A stretch of DNA of 64,000 bases, taken from assembly GCA_965243135.1 (NCBI GenBank), contig OZ251539.1, positions 4,630,236 to 4,694,235 of the forward strand, in the 5' to 3' direction. This stretch comes from Alphaproteobacteria bacterium (GTDB lineage: Bacteria; Pseudomonadota; Alphaproteobacteria; MPNO01; UBA830). This document shows, piece after piece, positions 48,541 through 57,148 of the stretch (position 1 is the first letter of the stretch; each line of letters begins with the position of its first letter). The notes beneath the pieces were generated by a model that was not told the DNA's origin, ran no database searches, and saw only the letters and a list, made by a program, of their open reading frames with translations. A program made the position numbers and the translations under genes.

Positions 48541-49797
48541 TCAGTCCGCAGCGTCGGCGAGACCGACGAGCGTTTCAGCGAGTACCCGTGCCCCGTCCGC
48601 GAGATCTTCCGGCGCGGCATTTTCCGCTTCGTTGTGACTGATGCCTTTCTCGCAGGGGACGAATATCATCCCGGTCGGGCACACGAAATGCAGTTGGCGC
48701 GCATCGTGCCCCGCTCCGGAGAACATTCGCATGGCCGGGAGGCCGAGACGGTCGGCGGCGGCCTCGACGGCGTCCACCACCAGCGGTTCGAACTCGATGG
48801 AATCCGCCTCGGCGATGCGCCATGCCTCGACGTCGCACGCAACCGACCGGTCGCGGCAGATCCCGTCGACTTCCGAGGCGAGCCGTTCGAGCAGCGCCGA
48901 ATCGGGGTGGCGAATGTCGATCGAAAACACGGCGCCGCTCGCCACCACGGAGGGCACGTTGGGCTCGGGCAGCATCATGCCTACGGTGAACCGCACGTCT
49001 TCGTCGGCATGAAGCTGGTCGTGCAGGGCGGACACCATGCGGGCGGCCTCCCAGAGAGCGTCCTTGCGCGCCGCGCGCGGGGTCGTTCCTGCGTGCGCTT
49101 CCTCTCCCGTCACCCTGACGCGCATTCGCCTTACGCCTTGAATGCCGGTCACGATGCCGATGGTCTTTCCCAGCCTTTCGAGTTCCGGCCCCTGCTCGAT
49201 ATGGGCTTCGACGAACGCGGCGACAGGGCGGCCGAGCGGAAGTTCCCCGGCATCCGGCGTTGCGGCTAGCGCCGCCGGCAGCGCGTCGCGGACGGGCGTG
49301 CCGTCCCGATCCCTTACCGTGAGGATCTCCTCCATGCCGCGCAACCCGGCGAAGGCTTCGGAGCCCATCATGCCCGGCGCGAAACGCGACCCTTCCTCGT
49401 TCATCCAGGCGGCGACCTCGATGGACCGCCGGGTCGCGACGCCCGCGTCGTTCAGGGCTTCGACCGCTTCGATCCCGGCGAGCACGCCGTATGCGCCGTC
49501 GAACTTGCCGCCGGTCGGCTGGCTGTCGATATGCGACCCGGTCATGACGGGCGGCAAGCCGGGGTCGCTGCCGTCCCGCCGCAGGAACAGGTTGCCTGCC
49601 GCGTCGACGAAAACGCCGAGGCCGAGTTCCGCGGCCCAGGAGGCCAGTCGGCCTCGCGCCTCGATTTCTTCCGTGGAAAGCGCCTGCCGGTTGACGCCGC
49701 CCTTTCCGGTCGCGCCGAACTGCGCGAGCTCCATATGACGCCGCCACAGACGGGCCTCGTCGACGAAGCCGGAGACGATGCGCGGGCTTTCCGGCAC
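48541..49797 (-). CDS. hyuC: N-carbamoyl-L-amino acid amidohydrolase / allantoate amidohydrolase (peptidase M20 family)
   Basis: 418-aa M20/AmaB-like protein. Functionally it matches the hyuAB genes upstream of the island. Confidence 0.85.
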   Translation of the reverse strand: MPESPRIVSGFVDEARLWRRHMELAQFGATGKGGVNRQALSTEEIEARGRLASWAAELGLGVFVDAAGNLFLRRDGSDPGLPPVMTGSHIDSQPTGGKFDGAYGVLAGIEAVEALNDAGVATRRSIEVAAWMNEEGSRFAPGMMGSEAFAGLRGMEEILTVRDRDGTPVRDALPAALAATPDAGELPLGRPVAAFVEAHIEQGPELERLGKTIGIVTGIQGVRRMRVRVTGEEAHAGTTPRAARKDALWEAARMVSALHDQLHADEDVRFTVGMMLPEPNVPSVVASGAVFSIDIRHPDSALLERLASEVDGICRDRSVACDVEAWRIAEADSIEFEPLVVDAVEAAADRLGLPAMRMFSGAGHDARQLHFVCPTGMIFVPCEKGISHNEAENAAPEDLADGARVLAETLVGLADAAD

Positions 49798-49798
49798 G

Positions 49799-50683
49799 TC
49801 AGTCTTTCAAGCCGGACAACAGAGCGGACGCGCCCGCGTAAGGTTTCTTTTCGGTCCAGCGGCCCGCTTCGACCGTCGCGAAGAACTCGGAGAGAACGGC
49901 GTTGAACATGCCGGGTTCTTCGAGATTGATCGTATGGCCGGTCCTGGGAACGACCCAAAGCCCGGCCGCCGGAATGGTCCGCTTCAGAAAGAGGCCAGGT
50001 TCGAGGCACCAGTCGTCTTCGTCGCCGTTCACGATCAGCGTCGGGACCTTCATTTCCCTGAGCCGGTCTTCGAGGTCGTAAAGCGAAGGACGCAGTTTCT
50101 GCACGCCCCGCATGGTGAGCGCCGCGCCTCTGGCGGAATGCTTCGCGAGCGTGTCGCGGAATTCCGCCCATCCCCGGGGATCCTTCTCCCTGAACTGCAG
50201 GCGATACGCGCCGCCTGCGTACATCTGCGCCATGGCTTCCGCGCCCGCCTTGTCGTATTCCGCCGCCAGCGTCTCCGAATCCGCCGCGTATCGTTCGCGC
50301 TGGTCGCGGGCGGCGCCGTAACCGCAGGCGGCGACCGTCAGCGACCGCGCCATCGCGGCGTATCGAAGCCCGAAATGAAGCGCGGCGAAGCCGCCCATGG
50401 ACATACCCACGACATGGGCGCGGTCGACATCCGCCGCCCGAAGCACGGCCGCGATGTCGTCGGTCGCGTGATCCTGGGAATAGAGAGCCTGATCTTCAGG
50501 CACGTCCGACGGCGGATAGCCGCGCGCATTGAAGGCGATGCAACGGTAGCGGCGCGAGAAATACCGGATCTGGGGTTCCCAGCTCAGAAGATCGTCGGCG
50601 AATTCGTGGACGAAGATAATCGGAATCCCGGCGCCGGCGTCTTCGTAATACAGGCGGACGCCGCCGCTGTCGGCGTACGGCAT
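49799..50683 (-). CDS. alpha/beta hydrolase fold protein
   Basis: GMSMGG nucleophile elbow. 294 aa. Confidence 0.8.
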   Translation of the reverse strand: MPYADSGGVRLYYEDAGAGIPIIFVHEFADDLLSWEPQIRYFSRRYRCIAFNARGYPPSDVPEDQALYSQDHATDDIAAVLRAADVDRAHVVGMSMGGFAALHFGLRYAAMARSLTVAACGYGAARDQRERYAADSETLAAEYDKAGAEAMAQMYAGGAYRLQFREKDPRGWAEFRDTLAKHSARGAALTMRGVQKLRPSLYDLEDRLREMKVPTLIVNGDEDDWCLEPGLFLKRTIPAAGLWVVPRTGHTINLEEPGMFNAVLSEFFATVEAGRWTEKKPYAGASALLSGLKD

Positions 50684-50684
50684 C

Positions 50685-51476
50685 CTAAAGCGCCTTTACC
50701 TGTCCGCCGTCGATATCGAACATCGCGCCGGTCGCGTAGCTTGCCCGCGCAGAAGCCAGAAAGACTACGAAAGAAGCCAGCTCCCGGGGCTGGCCGTAGC
50801 GCTTCAGAACCGTTTCGCCGGCAAGAACGGCCGTTGCTTCCTCCACCGATACGCCGTCTTCCTTCGCTTTCTCCTCCGCGAGATAGACCATTCGTTGCGT
50901 CGCGAAAGGGCCGGGATTGACGACGTTGGACAGAATTCCGTGCGGCCCGCCCTCTTCCGCGAGCGCCTTGCTGACGTTCTGGAGCGCCGCGTTGCAGAAG
51001 CCGGCCGTGATCGCGTGCGCATGCGGCTGCCGGCCGTGGGTGCCCGCGATGAACAGGATTCGTCCGCCGTTCCCGCGCTTCGCCATTCCCAAGAAGACCT
51101 CACGGGCGAGGCGGATCTGGGCGAGAATCTTCACTTCGACCGCGTCCCGCCACTGCCGGTCCGTCATTTCCGCGAAGGGAGCCGTCGCCGCGCCGCCCGA
51201 ATTGGCCACCACGATGTCGATGCCGCCGAACCGAGTTTCCGCTTCGCGGACCATTCGAACGACAGCGTCGGCGTCGGTCATGTCGGCGACGATGCCGTGG
51301 ACCTCGCCGCCGGTCGCCGACCTCAAGCGCTCGACGGCGCCGGCTAGACGGTCGGCGTTTCGGGCGGAGACGACAACCCGCGCGCCCTCGGCCGCGAATT
51401 CCTCGGCGACGAAGACGCCGAGGCCGCCGCTGGCCGCCGATACCAAGGCCGTCTTGCCCTTCAGTTCCAAGTCCAT
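50685..51476 (-). CDS. SDR-family oxidoreductase
   Basis: TALVSAASGGLG Rossmann motif. The start is the internal Met MDLELKGK. Confidence 0.85.
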   Translation of the reverse strand: MDLELKGKTALVSAASGGLGVFVAEEFAAEGARVVVSARNADRLAGAVERLRSATGGEVHGIVADMTDADAVVRMVREAETRFGGIDIVVANSGGAATAPFAEMTDRQWRDAVEVKILAQIRLAREVFLGMAKRGNGGRILFIAGTHGRQPHAHAITAGFCNAALQNVSKALAEEGGPHGILSNVVNPGPFATQRMVYLAEEKAKEDGVSVEEATAVLAGETVLKRYGQPRELASFVVFLASARASYATGAMFDIDGGQVKAL

Positions 51477-51814
51477 GGCCTTCCGCTCCGCATCTTCGAT
51501 ACAGGCATTTTTCACTTTCCCCCGGAAGCCGTCCGAAAGCAACAGCGGGAAGAGGGAACCTTGCAGGGCCGCCCGGGCCGGCTTTCCGTCCCGCGCGACG
51601 TTCGGGCGCGGTTGGAACGGCCGGTAGTATTTTGCGACGATGGTGGCGGCCGAGCGGGAAAAAGCCGTATTGTGAACAAGGCCGTAACACTCGGAACCGT
51701 GAGGGATCGAACCGCAGTTTGGCGGTTATCTGCGGGCGATAGGGCAGTATTGTTGCCGTGCGGGTCGTCGGCACCGTCCTGCCGGGACCGAATGAGCACG
51801 CGGAGGAGAAACGG

Positions 51815-53053
51815 ATGATCGAACTGGCTCGTCGCATTCGACTGGGCGAGGATTCGATGCTCAAGTTGAAGAGCGTTCGCTCGATGGCGGGCCGCGATAC
51901 CGGTCCGCAACGTAGTGAATTCGCGGACGAGCTGGCCGCCATGGCCAACGGCCGGGGCGGCACTCTGGTCCTCGGCGTGGACGACGACACTCGTCGGATC
52001 GAAGGCATTCCGCTTGCCGAGCTTGACGCGGTCGAAGGCTGGGTCCGCGAAATTTGCGACGACTTCGTGAAACCCGCGCTCGATGTCGACATTTTGAAAC
52101 AGGAACTGAAAGACGGCAGCGGAGAACTCGTCCCGATTATTGTCGTGGAGACCCCTCGGAGCCTGTTCGTGCACGAGAGTCCCGGCGGATACTTCCGCAG
52201 GATCGGCGGCTCGAAGCGCAAGATGGAGCCGGAGGCTCTCGCCCGTCTGTTTCAGGAGCGGAGCCAGACCCGGCAGATCCGCTTCGACGAATTGATCGTG
52301 CCCGGCACCGGTCCGTCCGACTTGCAGTATTCGCTGACGCACCGGTTCATGCGATCAAACGAAGGACTTCCCGCCAATTCCCGCTTCTCCGGCGAAGTTC
52401 TCGATACATTGCGGAAGCTTTGCATCGTGGCCGACGAGGATGGACAAGCGCGGCTTACGCTCTCGGGCGCGCTTCTTTGCACAGCGGAACCGCAGCGGTG
52501 GCTGCGCCACGCGTACATTCAGGCCGTCAACTACGCAGGCGACCGGATCGACACCAAGTACCAAACCGACGCAAGGGATATCGGCGGACCTCTGGACGAG
52601 CAGGTGGCCGGAACACTGGACTTCGTGCGGCGCAACATGCTGGTGCGCGCCGCCAAGACAAACGCGCGGATGGACCGCCCGCAGTTCAGCGAGCGCGCCG
52701 TGTTCGAGGCGCTTGTGAACGCGGTCGCGCATCGCGACTACTCGCTGGCGGGCGCTCGGATTCGCCTCCACATGTTCGGCGACCGGCTTGAGCTCTACGT
52801 TCCCGGCGGGTTGGCCAGCACGCTTGCCCCGGACAGCCTCCATCTGCGGCAGTCGAACCGGAACAACGTTATCGTGTCCCTGCTTGCCCGATGCGCCGCG
52901 CCATCCGGGATCGGGCGCATGCGTCTGATGGACGTACGCGGCGACGGAGTGCCGATCATTCGCGCAGAGTGCGAAAAATTGTCGGGGAGATTGCCGGAGT
53001 ACAGACTGATCGACGAAAACGAGCTGCGACTCGTAATTCCGGCCGCTGGATAG
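51815..53053 (+). CDS. Schlafen-like AlbA_2 plus HATPase_c_4 domain protein (putative ATP-binding transcriptional regulator)
   Basis: N-terminal AlbA_2 pattern (ELAAMANGRGGTLVLGVDDDTRRIEG) and C-terminal HATPase_c_4 pattern (EALVNAVAHRDYSLAGARIRLHMFGDRLELYVPGGL). It is the first gene of island 2. Confidence 0.7.
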   Translation: MIELARRIRLGEDSMLKLKSVRSMAGRDTGPQRSEFADELAAMANGRGGTLVLGVDDDTRRIEGIPLAELDAVEGWVREICDDFVKPALDVDILKQELKDGSGELVPIIVVETPRSLFVHESPGGYFRRIGGSKRKMEPEALARLFQERSQTRQIRFDELIVPGTGPSDLQYSLTHRFMRSNEGLPANSRFSGEVLDTLRKLCIVADEDGQARLTLSGALLCTAEPQRWLRHAYIQAVNYAGDRIDTKYQTDARDIGGPLDEQVAGTLDFVRRNMLVRAAKTNARMDRPQFSERAVFEALVNAVAHRDYSLAGARIRLHMFGDRLELYVPGGLASTLAPDSLHLRQSNRNNVIVSLLARCAAPSGIGRMRLMDVRGDGVPIIRAECEKLSGRLPEYRLIDENELRLVIPAAG

Positions 53054-53070
53054 TCCGTTCACCGGCGGCC

Positions 53071-53424
53071 GTCTGGAAGCAAATCGTCTGCCTCGCGAAC
53101 TCCCGAAAGCGGTCGGGTCGTTACGTTGCGGGCCGCGAATGGTCGGAGACGGACGGCGCGGGGGCATGGGTCCGACCCGTCAGCAAGCGGGACGGCCAGG
53201 AAGTATCGGAACACGAGCAGCGGTACGAGGACGGTGCCGACCCGCGGTTGCTCGACATTATCGGCTTGCCTCTTCTGAAAGCCTGCCCTGAAGATTGGCA
53301 GACCGAAAACTGGTTGCTCGATCCGGAACGGTACTGGCAGAAGAACGGAAAATACTCGCGCTTCGATCTGGCGAAGCTCGCCGACGCGCTTGAACCGCTC
53401 TGGATCGACGGGTACGGCACCTAA
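53071..53424 (+). CDS. small hypothetical protein with no canonical start codon (possible N-terminal half of a frameshifted gene)
   Basis: Conserved-looking N-terminus (KQIVCLANSRKRSGRYVAGREWS...GAWVRPVS) begins right after the upstream stop. There is no ATG, GTG or TTG before the conserved segment. Confidence 0.3.
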   Translation, partial: VWKQIVCLANSRKRSGRYVAGREWSETDGAGAWVRPVSKRDGQEVSEHEQRYEDGADPRLLDIIGLPLLKACPEDWQTENWLLDPERYWQKNGKYSRFDLAKLADALEPLWIDGYGT

Positions 53425-53752
53425 TAACGGCCAAAACGACAAGGTTCCGCTCGGGCTGATCTCGTCGATTTCCGATTCGCTGCGGCTGATCAGGGTCGAG
53501 CGGCTTGAACTGGCCGTGTTCAGCTCGGGCGAGGCGTTCGGCAACGCCAAGCGGCGCGTGCAGGGGCGCTTCGAATTTTCGGGCCAGGAGTACGCGTTAT
53601 GGGTGACGGATCCTGCCTGCGAAAAGAAGTACTTTGCTAAGCTGGACGGCACCTATGCGACAGGCGGGAGCTATCTGACGATCAGCCTTGGAGAGGGGTA
53701 TAAGGGCGCTTGCTACAAGCTCGTTGCCGCCGTCATCGGGGTGGATGAATAA
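53390..53752 (+). CDS. small hypothetical protein overlapping the previous ORF in another frame (possible C-terminal half of the same gene)
   Basis: It overlaps the previous ORF by 35 nt in a different frame (a one-nucleotide shift). The ...YALWVTDPACEKKYFAKLDG...GACYKLVAAVIGVDE segment has no internal start codon near its beginning. Confidence 0.3.
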   Translation: MNRSGSTGTAPNNGQNDKVPLGLISSISDSLRLIRVERLELAVFSSGEAFGNAKRRVQGRFEFSGQEYALWVTDPACEKKYFAKLDGTYATGGSYLTISLGEGYKGACYKLVAAVIGVDE

Positions 53753-53756
53753 AGAT

Positions 53757-54374
53757 ATGGAAAACAGCGTTCTTACTATCGGCCACTCCAATCATTCTTG
53801 GGAAGCCTTCGCGGCTCTCCTCGAACTGCACGGCATCGGGGCCGTGGCGGATGTGCGCTCGGCACCGTACAGCCGCTTCAACCCGCAGTTTGATCGCGAA
53901 ACCTTCGCGGCCGCTCTCAAGGGGCGAGGCATAGCTTACGTCTATCTCGGGAGCGAACTCGGCGGCCGCTCCGAAGATCCTGGATGTTACGAGGGCGGCC
54001 GCATCCGTTATGACCGCATCGCGCTGACGGATCGTTTCCGGGACGGTATCGAACGCGTGGTTCGAGGGGCCGGAAAACACCGCATCGCTCTCATGTGCGC
54101 AGAGAAAGAGCCTCTCGATTGCCACCGAACCCTTCTCGTCGCGCCCGCTCTTGAACGGGAGGGTATAGACGTCATGCATGTTCACGCGGACGGCGTTCTT
54201 GAACCGAATGCCGAAGCGATGGACGGGTTGCTGGATAAATTCGACCTCCGCCCGGACGGCGATCTGTTCCAGCGGTCCCGCGAGGAGTTGGTCGCGGAAG
54301 CGATAGCGCTGCAAGCCAGGCGCGTCGCCCATGCTGACGACAGACCTGCGGGAGGGCGGGAGCGAAGCCGATGA
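53757..54374 (+). CDS. DUF488 family protein (paralog 1)
   Basis: LTIGHSNHS...AVADVRSAPYSRFNPQF...GIAYVYLGSELGG matches the DUF488 signature. Confidence 0.75.
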   Translation: MENSVLTIGHSNHSWEAFAALLELHGIGAVADVRSAPYSRFNPQFDRETFAAALKGRGIAYVYLGSELGGRSEDPGCYEGGRIRYDRIALTDRFRDGIERVVRGAGKHRIALMCAEKEPLDCHRTLLVAPALEREGIDVMHVHADGVLEPNAEAMDGLLDKFDLRPDGDLFQRSREELVAEAIALQARRVAHADDRPAGGRERSR

Positions 54375-54859
54375 GAGTGCTGACCATAGGATTCACGAAG
54401 AAGCCGGCGCAGCGGTTTTTCGGGCTGCTGCGCGAGTCCGGCGCCAGAAGAGTTGTCGACGTGAGGCTCAACACCGGATCGCAACTCGCCGGGTTCGCGA
54501 AAAAGCGGGATCTCGCGTGGTTCCTCGAAGAAATTTGCGGGATCGAATACGTCCATGCGCCGGATCTGGCGCCTTCGAAGGAACTGCAGGACGACTACCG
54601 GAAGAAGAGGATCGACTGGAGCGCTTACGAAGACCGGTTTGTGGATCTGATGCGCGAACGGCGGATCGAGGATACGGTTTCGAAGGAGATGGTGGACAGC
54701 GGCTGCCTGCTGTGCAGCGAGGATCAGCCCCATCATTGTCACCGGCGGCTGGTTGCCGAATATCTGACGACTTGTTGGGGCAATATCGAGGTCGAGCATT
54801 TGGGAATGTCGGGACCCGACGCGCGGTGGCCGCAGCCCGGGAAACCTCTTTCGGAGTAG
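54371..54859 (+). CDS. DUF488 family protein (paralog 2, divergent)
   Basis: LTIGFTKKPAQRFFGLLRESGARRVVDVRLNTGSQLAGF...GIEYVHAPDLAPS shows the same architecture. It has an ATGA overlap with paralog 1. Confidence 0.7.
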   Translation: MRVLTIGFTKKPAQRFFGLLRESGARRVVDVRLNTGSQLAGFAKKRDLAWFLEEICGIEYVHAPDLAPSKELQDDYRKKRIDWSAYEDRFVDLMRERRIEDTVSKEMVDSGCLLCSEDQPHHCHRRLVAEYLTTCWGNIEVEHLGMSGPDARWPQPGKPLSE

Positions 54860-55043
54860 CGGGTCGTCCGGAAAGGAAGCGTTTCCTGCCGAGCTTCTCC
54901 GCAAATTATCTGTGTCGGCCTCAAATCGCGTGTGGTTTCTTCGTGACCGGGCGGGCTGGTTGAGCGGTATTTCGGCTGAAGCTTGCCGGATGCGGGGCGG
55001 AGACGCGGTTGCCGCATTCCGCCGAGATCTGCGGCAAGCTGTT

Positions 55044-55069
55044 TGCTCCTGCGAAACGCGACTATAATG
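55044..55069 (+). promoter_or_regulatory. candidate sigma70-type promoter for the TIR-SLOG-TIR genes
   Basis: TTGCTC-N14-TATAAT sits about 83 nt upstream of the TIR gene start, in the only sizeable gap of the island (54860-55151). Confidence 0.3.
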
Positions 55070-55151
55070 CAGGCGTGCGGAAAGGCGCGGCGGCGGACCT
55101 CGCGCCTCGGCATGATCAAGCACTGCTAAGGGTGCCAAACGGGTATCTGAC

Positions 55152-56318
55152 ATGGATTCGTCCACTCGTCCGCTTTTTGCACTGTATGTGATTTGGCACC
55201 CTACATTTGCGTTTGGTCGAGAGATCGCGGATCGGCTCCGGTCGCATTTTGTCCGCAATCTCTACAAGACCGTTGGCGGAGATAATGGGGTGAGCGTTCT
55301 TGAGCGCAGCGAACCTTTGCCGGGTAAGCGCACGCCTTTGCCGATCGACTGGGACGAAGCGGAGATGACGGCAGCCGTTGTGATCGCGGAGTCCGGGCTC
55401 GTCGATGATCGCGATTGGACCGACTACATCCGCAGCGTCTCCCGAAGCGCGAGGACGAGAGGGGATTCCGCCGGTTTCTTTCCCGTCACGGTGGATTCCC
55501 GCGGAACCGAGTTCGGGTTCGAGGAACAGGCGCTGCGCTGGGACCGCTGGGGCGAACCCGACGCTGAGCGATGTCGACGCATGACCATCGACCTGACCCA
55601 CGAGTTTTGCCGTATGCTGCGACACCAGCTCGGGCGACCAGACAGCGGGCAGATGCCGCTCGAACAGCGTCTGGAGAAGATCCAGATTTTCATCAGCCAC
55701 ACCAAGCATGACGACGATGGCGAAATCGTGGCTCGCGGCATCCGCGACTGGATCCATGAACGCAGTCCGCTTTCGAGCTTCTTTGATGTCCACGATATTC
55801 CGCCTGGGCAGTCGGTCGAGGAGGTCTTGCTGCATCAGCTTGGCAAAGGAGCGGTCATGGTGGTGCACTCCGATTCCTATTCGTCGCGCGAATGGTGTCG
55901 TCGCGAGGTAATTGAGGCAAAGCGTCGCTTGGTGCCGATGGTCGTTGTCGATTGCGTGCGCGATATCGATTTCCGCGGAATGCCGTATCTCGGCAACGTA
56001 CCGATCATCCGCATGGATCCGGACCGGAGAGATCGGATAGAGACCGTTGCAGGTTGCCTCCTCGACGAAGTCTTCCGCACTTGGTTGTGGCTTTATCGCA
56101 TTGAGCGTTATCGGGCAGAGGCTTCCGGCGTATTGTTTACGGCTCGACCGCCCGAATTGATTGTCTTGGCGGCGATGTCTTTTCGTCGCGGAGAAGTCGA
56201 CCCAGTGATCGTCTATCCTGATCCCCTGTTGAGCGCCGAGGAAGGACATTTGTTCTCGAAGGTTGCTCCAAACGTGCGCGTTCAAACTTTGACGGAATGG
56301 CTGGAGGAACGACAATGA
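55152..56318 (+). CDS. TIR-domain protein (388 aa) with an additional N-terminal domain
   Basis: Central TIR signature IFISHTKHDDDGEIVARGIRDWIHE...VMVVHSDSYSSREWCRREVIEA. The N-terminal 170 aa (LFALYVIWHP...) may be a second degenerate TIR-like domain. About 90 aa extend C-terminally. Confidence 0.7.
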   Translation: MDSSTRPLFALYVIWHPTFAFGREIADRLRSHFVRNLYKTVGGDNGVSVLERSEPLPGKRTPLPIDWDEAEMTAAVVIAESGLVDDRDWTDYIRSVSRSARTRGDSAGFFPVTVDSRGTEFGFEEQALRWDRWGEPDAERCRRMTIDLTHEFCRMLRHQLGRPDSGQMPLEQRLEKIQIFISHTKHDDDGEIVARGIRDWIHERSPLSSFFDVHDIPPGQSVEEVLLHQLGKGAVMVVHSDSYSSREWCRREVIEAKRRLVPMVVVDCVRDIDFRGMPYLGNVPIIRMDPDRRDRIETVAGCLLDEVFRTWLWLYRIERYRAEASGVLFTARPPELIVLAAMSFRRGEVDPVIVYPDPLLSAEEGHLFSKVAPNVRVQTLTEWLEERQ

Positions 56319-57148
56319 CTCCAAGCAATGCACCATCCGCCATCGGAATTTCGATTTCAGAGAGTCCCGACATGCAGGCGCTCGGGTTAAGCGATGGCCA
56401 CTTGCGCGACGCCATGGCCGAGGTCGCGCTGCACTTGCTTGCCTCGGGAAGGAGCCTAGCCTATGGCGGAGATTTACGGCGCCATGGATTCACCGAGCTT
56501 TTGTTCGAGCTGGTCGGACGCTATCGAAACCATCCGCGACATCGCGGCACGATATCCGTAACCGATTATCTGGCTTGGCCCGTTCATATTAAAATGACCT
56601 CGAACGAGCTCGCTGCGTTCGCCGCCGAACACGATGCGGCTGTTTCTCTCGTTTTCCTTGCGCGAGACGGCGTGCGCCTCGAACGGGAACAGCGAATGAG
56701 GCTTTCTGAACGCGAACCGGATGACGACGAGTGGACGGAAGGACTAACGTCCATGCGGACCGCCATGCGCCGAGAAATTCAGGCTCGAGTAGTGTTGGGC
56801 GGCAGGGTCGAGGGCTACAAGGGAACCATGCCGGGGATCGCCGAAGAGGCCTATCTTTCTCTCGAAGCCAGTCAGCCGATCTTCCTGCTTGGCGGTTTCG
56901 GCGGGTGCGCCCGCGACATTGCCGAGACAATCGGGCTTGTCGACCGTTGGGCCGGCTCTAGGGGCGATTGGGACGGTCGCGGTCGCTTTCGTTCGTATTC
57001 CCCGAACGAACTCCGCAACGGCTTGTCCCGGGAGGAGAACGTCGTTCTCGCACGGACGCCGCACATCCAGGAGGCGGTCGCCTTGGTATTGCGAGGCCTC
57101 CGCCGGATCCTCAGCTGGAGAGATAGCGATGCACAAGGTATTCATTAG
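56315..57148 (+). CDS. standalone SLOG (LOG/ThsA-STALD-like Rossmann) domain protein
   Basis: LAYGGDLRRHGFTELL and PIFLLGGFGGCARDIAE match the SLOG/LOG GGxG...PGGxGTxxE pattern. It has ATGA coupling to the TIR gene and no SIR2, Macro or TM module. Confidence 0.6.
   Translation: MTPSNAPSAIGISISESPDMQALGLSDGHLRDAMAEVALHLLASGRSLAYGGDLRRHGFTELLFELVGRYRNHPRHRGTISVTDYLAWPVHIKMTSNELAAFAAEHDAAVSLVFLARDGVRLEREQRMRLSEREPDDDEWTEGLTSMRTAMRREIQARVVLGGRVEGYKGTMPGIAEEAYLSLEASQPIFLLGGFGGCARDIAETIGLVDRWAGSRGDWDGRGRFRSYSPNELRNGLSREENVVLARTPHIQEAVALVLRGLRRILSWRDSDAQGIH

Noticed and set aside
51690-51735. A possible tRNA gene on the minus strand at the island-2 border.
   Set aside because: No complementary 5' acceptor strand, D-arm or 7-nt anticodon loop could be built. 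I kept it only as a low-interest remnant observation.
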